Below are positions 28,101 through 36,323 of a stretch of DNA of 64,000 bases, in pieces. Source of the DNA: an uncultured Eubacteriales bacterium (GTDB lineage Bacteria > Bacillota > Clostridia > Oscillospirales > QAMX01). Both the position numbers and the translations under genes were made by a program. Every line of letters begins with the position of its first letter. Positions within the stretch are counted from its first letter, which is position 1. The notes under the pieces are model-generated. The model was not told where the DNA came from, did not search any database, and worked only from the letters and a program-made list of their open reading frames with translations. Location of the stretch: the NCBI GenBank assembly GCA_905205975.1, contig CAJLFQ010000003.1, positions 3,130 through 67,129 of the forward strand, in the 5' to 3' direction.

Positions 28101-28224
28101 CACCTACACCAACAAAACAGACCCGCGTGAAACCCTGCTCGACTATATTGATGACATCAATGCTGAGCTGACCAAAAAGCGTGCTGAAATGGGCATCATT
28201 ACCGCCGATCAGATTACTAAGTAA
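25135..28224 (+). CDS. giant extracellular solute-binding protein: signal peptide + two CBM-like beta-sandwich modules + helical linker + family-1 SBP domain
   Basis: 1029 aa. N-terminal signal (LLAAVMLVSVMAGALTARA/DE) has no lipobox Cys. Two repeated module signatures: ...YEIYFKYFPIEGKGTEIEREIMIDG... and IEAEDTF...GLYNISARGRQNV...RCLRIDG. The C-terminal ~440 aa resemble CUT1 sugar-binding proteins (TVWFAPGN..., YALPETQTYQVMFYRTD, WEFIKWWTS). Confidence 0.8.
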   Translation: MRRFTRNGESRKVFAKAGRSFTRSVEVLLAAVMLVSVMAGALTARADETEGIGAVDKTVTSSNFKEGSYSAYQNEHADKPLYQGEDIIIPAADYTDTNTNIKVFDEYEGVKNAVLLKDTSKEQEEDESHGESSADGSLELKEYDKAYVTYKVNIPQSAMYEIYFKYFPIEGKGTEIEREIMIDGAYPFNEATYLAFSRIWQDTEKVGTVFDTAGNEIRPTTQEAPEWTVKYLNDDRGYFFKSFRFYLEAGEHELKILSVKEPMLLAEIGLGMKDEPRPYAEVKAEYESKGYQMTTGQSVKIEAEDTFQKSASSLYPYHSRASVSTTGVSGKFTYDHTQVNVIGGERWETAGQWISWKITVPETGLYNISARGRQNVNKSMTSGRCLRIDGEIPFAEAENCGFFYSADFRMYTLGDEEVGEPFLFYFEAGREYTMSLQVNLGVIEDLARRLDNSVTELMTVYRRLLMLIGATPDKERDYDFKQAMPNELKTMAVQADELDSILNDMLEATGERNSDMAVLERTSRRLRTMSAHEHTIAKNFTQFKSDVSAIANWILDLNYQPLELDYFLITSPEEKLPKANAGFFAGIGHELRLFISSFTTDYTSVGAEVSADEAVTVWFAPGNTAGQVVGGGREQAQILKQMIDDDFTVNHPDVPVNLQLIDLSALLPATLAGKGPDVALQVAGTNPVQYAMRGAVVDLAQFSDYQEVAKRFFPSSLVQFQYLQGVYALPETQTYQVMFYRTDIMEELGLEVPQTWADVYDIIPELQNNYMNFGFPANTNNYYTLLYQNGGSLYRGEGETLGYATNLDSQTAVESFISYVDMYRSYKLDIQIDFQNRFRTGEVPIGVADFTTVNALSVTAPEIRGLWSFALVPGTERTDENGNTFIDRSVATSGNGCIILKKSKHPEKAWEFIKWWTSDTAQTRYCLEVEATMGVAARIPSANINVMYNQAWSTDDYKMLMAQRAWAKGIPEVPGGYYTTRHMDNAFNRTYTNKTDPRETLLDYIDDINAELTKKRAEMGIITADQITK

Positions 28225-28238
28225 AGGAGGACGAGTCC

Positions 28239-29204
28239 TTGGCTGAAATCAACAAAACCGCCGGTGCGGCTCCAGCAAAGAATTCTGCGCTGAAGAACAT
28301 CGGTAAGTACTTCCAGTTCAAGTTCGGAGAGATGAAGAAAGCCCGTGCATATTACCTCTTCCTCCTTCCGTACGCCTTGATCTTCACGACATTTACGGTC
28401 ATTCCGGTTGTCGTGTCGGTCGGTCTCAGCTTTACGTCGTTCAATATGATTCAGGCGCCCCGCTTCATATTCATCGACAACTACTACCAGCTCTTCATGG
28501 TCGACGACCTGTTCCTGACCGCCATCAAGAACACCATCGTCTTCTCGGCGATTACAGGTCCTGTCGGCTACCTGATGTGCCTCTGCTTCGCATGGCTGAT
28601 CAACGAAATGCCGCCGAAGATCCGTGCCGTCATGACACTGCTCTTCTATGCACCGGCTATTTCGGGCAACAGCTACGTCATCTTCTCGTTCCTCTTCTCC
28701 GCCGATGAATACGGCTTCCTGAACTCCCGGCTTCTGAACTGGGGCTTCATCAATGAAGCAATCCCTTGGCTGAAGAGTGAGAAAACCATTCCGGCCTGCG
28801 TCATCGTGGTTATTCTGTGGCTCTCGCTTGGTACCGGCTTCCTTTCCCTGATCGCCGGTCTCCAGAGCGTCGACCATGAACTCTACGAAGCCGGCGCAAT
28901 TGACGGCATCCGCAACCGCTGGCAGGAGCTGTGGTTCATCACGCTGCCTTCCATGAAAGAACATTTGATGTTCGCCGCTGTCATGAGCATCACGGGTTCC
29001 TTCGGTATGGGCGCAGTCATCACATCCCTTGTCGGCTTCCCGAGCCCGAACTATTCCGCACATACCATTGTCCACCACCTGGAGGACTATGGTAATACAA
29101 GGTTTGAAATGGGCTATGCCTCCGCGATTGCAACGCTGCTGTTCCTGCTGATGGTCGGCGCGAACCAGCTTGTTCAGAAACTCCTCAGAAAGGTTGGTAC
29201 CTGA
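28239..29204 (+). CDS. ABC sugar permease, MalF/UgpA-like (pair 1)
   Basis: 321 aa, 6 TM, EAA loop LYEAGAIDGIRNRWQELWFITLP. Confidence 0.88.
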   Translation: MAEINKTAGAAPAKNSALKNIGKYFQFKFGEMKKARAYYLFLLPYALIFTTFTVIPVVVSVGLSFTSFNMIQAPRFIFIDNYYQLFMVDDLFLTAIKNTIVFSAITGPVGYLMCLCFAWLINEMPPKIRAVMTLLFYAPAISGNSYVIFSFLFSADEYGFLNSRLLNWGFINEAIPWLKSEKTIPACVIVVILWLSLGTGFLSLIAGLQSVDHELYEAGAIDGIRNRWQELWFITLPSMKEHLMFAAVMSITGSFGMGAVITSLVGFPSPNYSAHTIVHHLEDYGNTRFEMGYASAIATLLFLLMVGANQLVQKLLRKVGT

Positions 29205-29206
29205 TC

Positions 29207-30103
29207 ATGGAAAAGCTTGAAAAGCCGAAGAAGCGATTCCACTTCTTTAAATCCAAGGCTGGCAACCGTGTCAACCGCTCCCTTTCGGGTGACGTTGGCA
29301 TCGTAATCTTTCTGGTGTTCTTCGCGGTGATCATGGCCATCCCGCTGTACTACGCAATCGTTCAGTCGCTGAAGCCGCTGAACGAACTCTACATCTTCCC
29401 GCCGCGTATGTACGTCACCACCCCGACGATGGATAACTACGCAGACCTCTTCCGCTTGATGTCCAACTCGTGGGTTCCGTTCTCCCGCTACGTCTTCAAC
29501 ACCGTTATGATTACCGTCATCGGTACGTTCGGCCACATCATCCTCGCATCCATGGCCGCTTACCCGCTGGCGAAGTACCGGTTCCCCGGCAGTGTCGCAT
29601 TTTCGCACATTGTCCGTTTCGCCCTGATGTTCAACGCCACGGTTCTGACGATCCCGTCCTACATCATCATGGCAAAACTCGGCTGGATCGATACCTATCT
29701 TGCAGTTATTGTCCCGGCATTCGGTTCTTCACTGGGTCTGTACCTGATGCAGAACTTCATGGCGGACCTGCACGACGCCCTGTTTGACGCCGCAAAGATC
29801 GACGGCGCCAAAGAAGGCACCATCTTCTGGAAGATCGTTATGCCGAACGTCAAATCCGGCTGGCTCACCCTGATGATCTTCTCCGTGCAGAGCCTGTGGA
29901 ACACCAACAACGGTATGTACATCTACAGCGAACCGCTGAAGACCATGCCGTACGCCATCAACCAGATCACGAGCGGCGGCTATGCCCGCGCGGGCGCTGC
30001 ATCAGCCGGTGTCGTCATCATGATGCTGATCCCGATCCTCGTGTTCGTCATCTCCCAGAGCAACGTCCTTGAAACCATGCAGAAGTCCGGTATTAAAGAA
30101 TAA
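29207..30103 (+). CDS. ABC sugar permease, MalG/UgpE-like (pair 1)
   Basis: 298 aa, EAA loop LFDAAKIDGAKEGTIFWKIVMP. Starts 2 nt after the preceding stop. Confidence 0.88.
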   Translation: MEKLEKPKKRFHFFKSKAGNRVNRSLSGDVGIVIFLVFFAVIMAIPLYYAIVQSLKPLNELYIFPPRMYVTTPTMDNYADLFRLMSNSWVPFSRYVFNTVMITVIGTFGHIILASMAAYPLAKYRFPGSVAFSHIVRFALMFNATVLTIPSYIIMAKLGWIDTYLAVIVPAFGSSLGLYLMQNFMADLHDALFDAAKIDGAKEGTIFWKIVMPNVKSGWLTLMIFSVQSLWNTNNGMYIYSEPLKTMPYAINQITSGGYARAGAASAGVVIMMLIPILVFVISQSNVLETMQKSGIKE

Positions 30104-30120
30104 AAGGAGGTCGAGTCCGA

Positions 30121-31698
30121 ATGCGGAAAAGAATCGTTGCAGCGGTTATGCTGCTGCTGCTGTTCGCAGCACAGGCAGTGTCGGTCTTGGCCGCACCGCC
30201 TTCAAGGTCCTATACCTATAACACTGAGATGCTCCCGGTTGCTTCGCCGAACCCCTACACCTATAACGGCGAAATCAACGGCATCGATCAGGGTGTTGGC
30301 CGGTTCCTCGAACCGGAAGATTTTGTCGTCGATGATGACAACTTCATCTACCTGCTCGACGCCGGCAACAAACGCGTGCTTGTCTTCAATGAAAACAAGC
30401 AGATTGTCCGTGTACTCGATCACTTTGACTATAAGGGCGAAGCAATCACGCTCAAAGCCCCGCAGGGTCTGTACATCTATCAGTACTACGGCATAAAGCT
30501 GCTCTATGTTTCCGATACGGAAAACAGCCGGATCTTCCGCGTGGATCTGACCAATGAGCTGCACGGCGAAGTGGAAACCAACGCCACTGCCAAGGTCGAC
30601 CGCATGTACGGGAAACCGGTCATCGACATTATTGCCGAAGATACGCCGTACTACCCGACCAAATTCATCGTTGACCGTGCTGAACGTATTTTCGTTCTGG
30701 GTCGTACGATCAACCGCGGCGTTATCAAGCTGACGAGCGATGGTTCATTTGACTCGTTCTTCGGCGCCCCGGACGTTTCGTATTCCCTGGTCGAAAAGTT
30801 CTGGCGTATGCTTTCAACCGAAGCGCAGCGCCAAAAGAGCCTGAAATACGTCCCGACGGAATACTCCAACATCGCGCAGGATTCCCGCGGCTTTACCTAT
30901 GTGACCATCTCCACGATGGAACGCCAGAAGCTTTACAGCACGTTCAACACCAAACCGGACGATACGGATGCCCGTGCGAACAACGCAGTCATCCGGAAAC
31001 TGGCGGCAGACGGTACGGATATCCTGACCAGACGCGGCTACTTCCCGCCGGTCGGTGACCTTTCGGTTTACAACCCGACGGCTGTTGAAGCTGTTCTGGC
31101 CGGTATGTCCTCGTTTGTCGACGTCTGCATCAACGACTATGACGTTTACACGATCATTGACGACATGCGCGGCAAGGTCTTCACCTACGACAACGAAGGC
31201 AACCTGCTCTTTGTTTTCGGCGGCACCGCTACACAGTACGGGACCTTCCAGAAACCGGTCGCGGTTTCCTACTTCAAGGATAATCAGATCTGCATCCTGG
31301 ATAAACGTTCCGCATCGCTGGCGTTCTTTACGCCGACGGACTACGGCGCGTCGATCCTGGCAGCTGTCAAAGCCTACCATGACGGTGAGTATGAGCTCTC
31401 CGAAGACATGTGGGGCCGCGTCCTTGAGATGAACTCCAACATGACGCAGGCGTACGGCGGCGCAGGCAAGTCCCTGCTCCGTGCCGGCGAGTACAAACAG
31501 GCGATGGAAAATTTCCGGATCGCGAAAAATACGGAATATTATTCCAAAGCGCTTGAACAGTATCTCAGCAACCTGATCGGCAGTAAGTTCACCTACATCT
31601 TCCTGATTGTGGTTGGCCTGTTCCTGCTCTCGAAGATCTGGAAACTGATCAAGAGATTCAGACGCTTCCTCCGCGAAGGCGTCAAGAAGGTGGTGTAA
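30121..31698 (+). CDS. secreted NHL-repeat beta-propeller protein with TPR-like segment and C-terminal TM anchor
   Basis: 525 aa. Signal peptide MRKRIVAAVMLLLLFAAQAVSVLA. Recurrent NHL-like strands: FIYLLDAGNKRVLVF, LLYVSDTENSRIFRV, RIFVLGRTINRGVIKL, VYTIIDDMRGKVFTY, ICILDKRSASLAFF. TPR-like AGEYKQAMENFRIA. C-terminal TM FTYIFLIVVGLFLLSKIW followed by a K/R-rich tail. Confidence 0.7.
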   Translation: MRKRIVAAVMLLLLFAAQAVSVLAAPPSRSYTYNTEMLPVASPNPYTYNGEINGIDQGVGRFLEPEDFVVDDDNFIYLLDAGNKRVLVFNENKQIVRVLDHFDYKGEAITLKAPQGLYIYQYYGIKLLYVSDTENSRIFRVDLTNELHGEVETNATAKVDRMYGKPVIDIIAEDTPYYPTKFIVDRAERIFVLGRTINRGVIKLTSDGSFDSFFGAPDVSYSLVEKFWRMLSTEAQRQKSLKYVPTEYSNIAQDSRGFTYVTISTMERQKLYSTFNTKPDDTDARANNAVIRKLAADGTDILTRRGYFPPVGDLSVYNPTAVEAVLAGMSSFVDVCINDYDVYTIIDDMRGKVFTYDNEGNLLFVFGGTATQYGTFQKPVAVSYFKDNQICILDKRSASLAFFTPTDYGASILAAVKAYHDGEYELSEDMWGRVLEMNSNMTQAYGGAGKSLLRAGEYKQAMENFRIAKNTEYYSKALEQYLSNLIGSKFTYIFLIVVGLFLLSKIWKLIKRFRRFLREGVKKVV

Positions 31699-31701
31699 AA
31701 G

Positions 31702-32334
31702 ATGGCAGAGCTTTGGAAACAGTTGCGTTACTCAACCCATGTCATGTTCCACCCGTTTGACGGCTTCTGGGATCTGAAACACGAACACAGAGGCAGCGTG
31801 AAAGCAGCGATGGTGCTGCTGGCGATGCTGGTGCTCAACTCGATCATCAAGACGCAGTTTACCGGCTTCCTTTACAACCCGTATTATGACGGCGTCAGCC
31901 TGAACGTGTTCAGCGAACTGACATCGGTTGTCGGTACCTTCTTCCTGTGGTGCATTTCGAACTGGAGCTTGACAACCCTGATGGACGGCGAAGGCCGCTT
32001 CAGTGATATCGTGATGGTCAGTGCTTACGCGCTGGTCCCGATGTTCCTGATCGGAATTCCGCTGACCTTCCTCAGCAACGTCATGCCGCTCGATTATGCA
32101 GCATTCTACAACATCGTCTTGAGCTTCACCTACATTTGGGCTGGGTTCCTGATGTTGGCGGGTCTGATGGTTGTTCACCAGTACACCCTCGGCAAGACGC
32201 TCCTGTCGGCCATCCTGATCATTGTCGGTATGGCGGTCATCGTCTTCCTTGGTCTGTTGTTCTTCAACCTGATTTCTCAGCTGGTCGGCTTCGTTGTCGA
32301 ACTCTATTGGGAAATCTCGCTCAGATTCTTCTAA
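31702..32334 (+). CDS. Yip1-domain integral membrane protein
   Basis: 210 aa with about 5 TM helices. N-terminal HPFDGFWDLKHE motif and overall topology resemble bacterial YIP1 family proteins, from memory. Confidence 0.65.
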   Translation: MAELWKQLRYSTHVMFHPFDGFWDLKHEHRGSVKAAMVLLAMLVLNSIIKTQFTGFLYNPYYDGVSLNVFSELTSVVGTFFLWCISNWSLTTLMDGEGRFSDIVMVSAYALVPMFLIGIPLTFLSNVMPLDYAAFYNIVLSFTYIWAGFLMLAGLMVVHQYTLGKTLLSAILIIVGMAVIVFLGLLFFNLISQLVGFVVELYWEISLRFF

Positions 32335-32349
32335 AGGGGAGGTGCTTGG

Positions 32350-35304
32350 ATGAAAAAGATCAGAAAATATGCGGTAATCTGCTATATCCTCGCGCTGGCG
32401 ATGATCCTGCCGTTGAGCAGCATGGCAATTACCCCCATGAAGGAACAGTTCGTTGCTCCGGGCTATGCAGATCCTTACATCGAAGGCGCCGGAAAATCGT
32501 CGCCCCTTTCCATCGAGGTCGACCACATTCCGAACGAACGCCTGAACATCAAAGTGACGGATTCGCGCACCGGTAAAGTCTGGGAGACCAACCCGGTATA
32601 CACCGGCGGCGACAAAGCATCCACAACAGAAGACAAAAAGAAAGAGCTGCATTCGCAGATCCTTCTGACCTACACGTTTGATAAAAACGGCAACGCCGAC
32701 AAACTGGCGGATATCGGTTACATGTCTTCTGCAACGTCTGTCGGCAAATTCAACAGCTATGAGGAATCAGTCGTCAAGAACCAGCTGACCATTCAGTATG
32801 TGCTTGACAACGGTGACCTGCTGGACTATTATGTCGATGCAGACGCGCAAACACTGGAAGTCAACCAAATCCCGGCCGGCAGATCGGTCGTTGGATTCCG
32901 CGTTGGATACGGTTTCGGCGATAAGAACGCTTCGCTGTACCCGGTTATGATCACCGAGTCCCGTATGAACGAGATGCTTGATCGAATCGAGATCAAAGGC
33001 GAAGACGGAACCATTGACGAAGCCGCAACGGAAAAGATGAAAAAGAACATCCTTTCCAAATACCGTCTGACGACGCTGGAAGGCAAGCTGGAAGAAATCG
33101 AACGCCAGGTCAAACGCCAGAAGACGGAAGAAGACAAAAAGAAGAAACGCAAGGAACTGGAAGATCAGCTGAATGATTACCTTGCGAAGTACCCGGTTCT
33201 CGAAGAGGAGAACATTTACGAACTGTACAGCGACGCAACCAGCACCACGAGAAATAAAAAGCTCCTGGTCAGCTACTGGGCATCGATCCCGTACACCCGT
33301 GAAGATCTCGACTTCGATAACCAGATGATCGGCTACGAGAAATCGGCAGGCGGCGTCAGCTTTGAAATCCCGGTGCTCTATATGATCGAAGGCAGCACCT
33401 TCCGTGCGACGGTTCTGACCAGTGAAATTGACCAACCGGCTGAAGTTGGCATCACCCGTCTGGACTTCCTGCCCGGTTTTGCCGGCGCCGACGATACCGT
33501 TCTGAAAGGCTACACCCTTGTCCCGGACGGCAGCGGCTCGCTCGTTCCGATCAACAGCGAAGACCAGCGCCAGACCGGTTACCAGGTTGCTGTTATGAAC
33601 CGCCAGAAAGACGAAGGTCTTTCGATGAACTCCTCGAACATGCGCGACATCCCGTATTATGAATATACGCTGATGCCGGTGTTCGGCCAGAAGCAGGACG
33701 ATAACGCTTACTTCTGCATCATCGAAGAAGGCTATGAATTCGCAAACATCACGGCTTATGTCGCAGATAGCTTTACGAAGTATAATACGGCCTTTGCCTC
33801 ATTCTTCCCAATTGTTACCGACGATATCTACTACTCCTCCGGCAGCGAGAGCGGCATTACGATGTTCCCGAAGGTCAAAGTCGAAGAAGAGAAGATGTCG
33901 ATCAAGTACACCCGCGACCCGGATACCAAAGAAGTCTCGACTGAAGAAGTCGTTAAGAAAACGGTCAGCAACTACTGCCGTCTTCCGGCTTCCAACCTGT
34001 CCGTCCGCTATGCATTCCTCTCGGGGGATCAGGCGAACTACGTCGGTATGGCAAACTACTACCGCACGTACCTGATGAATACCTACGACATGGAAAAACG
34101 CACCAACTTCGGTGAAGACATGACGTTCTATGCCGACCTTTATGGTATCATCGACAAAAAAATCAGCTTTGCCGGCTTCCCGATCAACCGGAAGTTCGCG
34201 CTGACGACGTTTGACCAGGCTGAAGAGATTGTTCAGGCACTCTTTGATAACGGCGTCAAGGATCTGAAACTCCGTTATCTCGGCATGATCAACGGCGGCA
34301 TGAATCAGCGCTACGCCGGAAACTTCAAAGTGGAAGGCAACCTCGGCGGCAAGAAGGGCTATCAGAACTTCCTGACGAAGATGGAATCGCTCGGCGTTGA
34401 GGTTTACCCGGATATCGACGTGACGCACGTCTATCAGGACCGTATGTTTGACGGTTTCGACCCGAATGATGATACGGTCATGACACTCGGTAAAACACAG
34501 TCGATCATCTTCGACTTCAACATCGCCACCGGTATCAAAGACCCGAGAAGCGACTCCCGCTATTATCATCCGCGCTGGATCATTTCCCCGCGCCTGTACG
34601 AAGACTTGTTCGATACGCTTCAGGAAAAGCTCGACAAGTTCGGCAACAAGCATATTTCTCTGAGTACACTTGGCAGCAAGCTTTCCTCTGACTATAACGA
34701 GGATATGATCATCGACCGCGGACAGACCGCCCGCGTGGTTGCAGATCAGCTCAAACAGTATCAAGAAGCCGGCTACGACATGATCGTCGAAAAAGGTTTT
34801 GTTTATACGCTGCCGTACGTTTCCACCGTTCTGGACATCCCGCTGACCTCCAGCATGTTCACGGTTGAAATGTATGACATCCCGTTTGTTCAGCTTGTTC
34901 TGCACGGCTTGGTTGAATATGCCGGTGAACCGCTCAACCTCACGCAGGACGTTCAGTACAGCATTCTGAAATGCCTGGAGTATGGCGCTACGGTCTATGG
35001 CCGGTACATGTATCAGCCGGATACCGTCTTCCAGAATACATACTTCCTGAACCTCTTCTCGCTCAACTATCAGAGCTGGATGGATGAAACCAAAGCAGTC
35101 TACACGGCAGTCAACGAGGCCATCCGTGACGTTCAGGGGCAGTTCATGGTGAACCACGAACGTCTGGCTGACAACGTCTACCGTACGACTTACGAGAACG
35201 GCAAACAGGTAATCGTCAACTACAACACGGTTGATTACTTTGTTGAAGAACTCGGCGTTACGGTTGCAGCCAGAGGCTATTATGTAACGGGAGGTGCCCA
35301 GTAA
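32350..35304 (+). CDS. large secreted protein of unknown function (resembles what I recall being annotated DUF5696)
   Basis: 984 aa. Signal/anchor MKKIRKYAVICYILALAMILPLSSMA. A K/E-rich coiled segment (EEIERQVKRQKTEEDKKKKRKELEDQL). The C-terminal half has alternating beta/alpha-like pattern (GVKDLKLRYLGMINGGMNQ..., VEVYPDIDV). I recognise no catalytic motif. Confidence 0.6.
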   Translation: MKKIRKYAVICYILALAMILPLSSMAITPMKEQFVAPGYADPYIEGAGKSSPLSIEVDHIPNERLNIKVTDSRTGKVWETNPVYTGGDKASTTEDKKKELHSQILLTYTFDKNGNADKLADIGYMSSATSVGKFNSYEESVVKNQLTIQYVLDNGDLLDYYVDADAQTLEVNQIPAGRSVVGFRVGYGFGDKNASLYPVMITESRMNEMLDRIEIKGEDGTIDEAATEKMKKNILSKYRLTTLEGKLEEIERQVKRQKTEEDKKKKRKELEDQLNDYLAKYPVLEEENIYELYSDATSTTRNKKLLVSYWASIPYTREDLDFDNQMIGYEKSAGGVSFEIPVLYMIEGSTFRATVLTSEIDQPAEVGITRLDFLPGFAGADDTVLKGYTLVPDGSGSLVPINSEDQRQTGYQVAVMNRQKDEGLSMNSSNMRDIPYYEYTLMPVFGQKQDDNAYFCIIEEGYEFANITAYVADSFTKYNTAFASFFPIVTDDIYYSSGSESGITMFPKVKVEEEKMSIKYTRDPDTKEVSTEEVVKKTVSNYCRLPASNLSVRYAFLSGDQANYVGMANYYRTYLMNTYDMEKRTNFGEDMTFYADLYGIIDKKISFAGFPINRKFALTTFDQAEEIVQALFDNGVKDLKLRYLGMINGGMNQRYAGNFKVEGNLGGKKGYQNFLTKMESLGVEVYPDIDVTHVYQDRMFDGFDPNDDTVMTLGKTQSIIFDFNIATGIKDPRSDSRYYHPRWIISPRLYEDLFDTLQEKLDKFGNKHISLSTLGSKLSSDYNEDMIIDRGQTARVVADQLKQYQEAGYDMIVEKGFVYTLPYVSTVLDIPLTSSMFTVEMYDIPFVQLVLHGLVEYAGEPLNLTQDVQYSILKCLEYGATVYGRYMYQPDTVFQNTYFLNLFSLNYQSWMDETKAVYTAVNEAIRDVQGQFMVNHERLADNVYRTTYENGKQVIVNYNTVDYFVEELGVTVAARGYYVTGGAQ

Positions 35305-36311
35305 TGGCGGCCGATGTCAAGAAAAAAGACGGCTTTTTCTACAAAGTCAAACGGTTTATTCTGAAGGCATTGCGAATGGACCTGATGGAAAGGCGAAACC
35401 TGGCGGGCTACGTTTTCGTCCTCCCGTTCATCTTGGGCTTGCTGCTGATCTTCCTGCCGTCCATGGTGCAGTCCTTCCTCTTCAGCCGCAGTGACATCGT
35501 CATTCGTGCCGATGGTACGGGCTATGACCTCATCAGCAAAGGCTTTATCCACTATTACGACTCGTTCTTCACGGATACGGATTTCCGCATCAAGCTGGTG
35601 CATACGCTCCGCGATATCGTCATCAACCTGCCGGTTATCCTGATCTTCTCGTTCTTCATGGCACTGCTTTTGAACCGCAAGAAGTTCCCCGGAAGAACCG
35701 TGTTCCGTATCATCTTCTTCCTGCCGGTTATCATCTACACCGGTATTGCTTCCACCGCTGGTATCACCTCCGGCTCTTCCGAATTGTCTGAAGCGGCGTC
35801 GCAGGTCTTCGCAGACCCGACCATCGGCAACGAAGGGATGCAGTCCGGCGCAACCAGTATCATCGGTATGGCAATGAACATTGAAGCCATCATCTCGTCG
35901 CTCGGCTTGGGCACGACGCTGATGAACTTCATCCAGACCTCGATCAGCCGTCTGGAATGGATTATCCAGTCCTCCGGCGTTCAGATCCTCGTCTTCCTGG
36001 CCGCTCTGCAAGGCGTCCCGACTTCAATCTTTGAAGCCGCAAGCGTTGAAGGCCTGACGAGCTGGGAAATGTTCTGGAAGATCACGCTCCCGATGATCAG
36101 CCCGCAGATCCTGGTCAATACGATCTACACGGTCGTTGACTCCTTTACGAACCAGCGCTATGAGGTTCTTCCGTATATCCAGAAGATCTCATTTTCCAAC
36201 GCGGACTACGGTCTCGGGTCGGCCATGGCGTTCATCTATTTCCTCTGTACGATCATCTTGATTGGTCTGGTTTCCCTGATCATCTCGAAGTTCGTATTCT
36301 ACAACGAATAG
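35304..36311 (+). CDS. ABC sugar permease, MalF-like (pair 2)
   Basis: 335 aa, EAA loop IFEAASVEGLTSWEMFWKITLP. The ATG overlaps the preceding TAA (TAATG). Confidence 0.85.
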   Translation: MAADVKKKDGFFYKVKRFILKALRMDLMERRNLAGYVFVLPFILGLLLIFLPSMVQSFLFSRSDIVIRADGTGYDLISKGFIHYYDSFFTDTDFRIKLVHTLRDIVINLPVILIFSFFMALLLNRKKFPGRTVFRIIFFLPVIIYTGIASTAGITSGSSELSEAASQVFADPTIGNEGMQSGATSIIGMAMNIEAIISSLGLGTTLMNFIQTSISRLEWIIQSSGVQILVFLAALQGVPTSIFEAASVEGLTSWEMFWKITLPMISPQILVNTIYTVVDSFTNQRYEVLPYIQKISFSNADYGLGSAMAFIYFLCTIILIGLVSLIISKFVFYNE

Positions 36312-36323
36312 GAGTGTGTGAAC

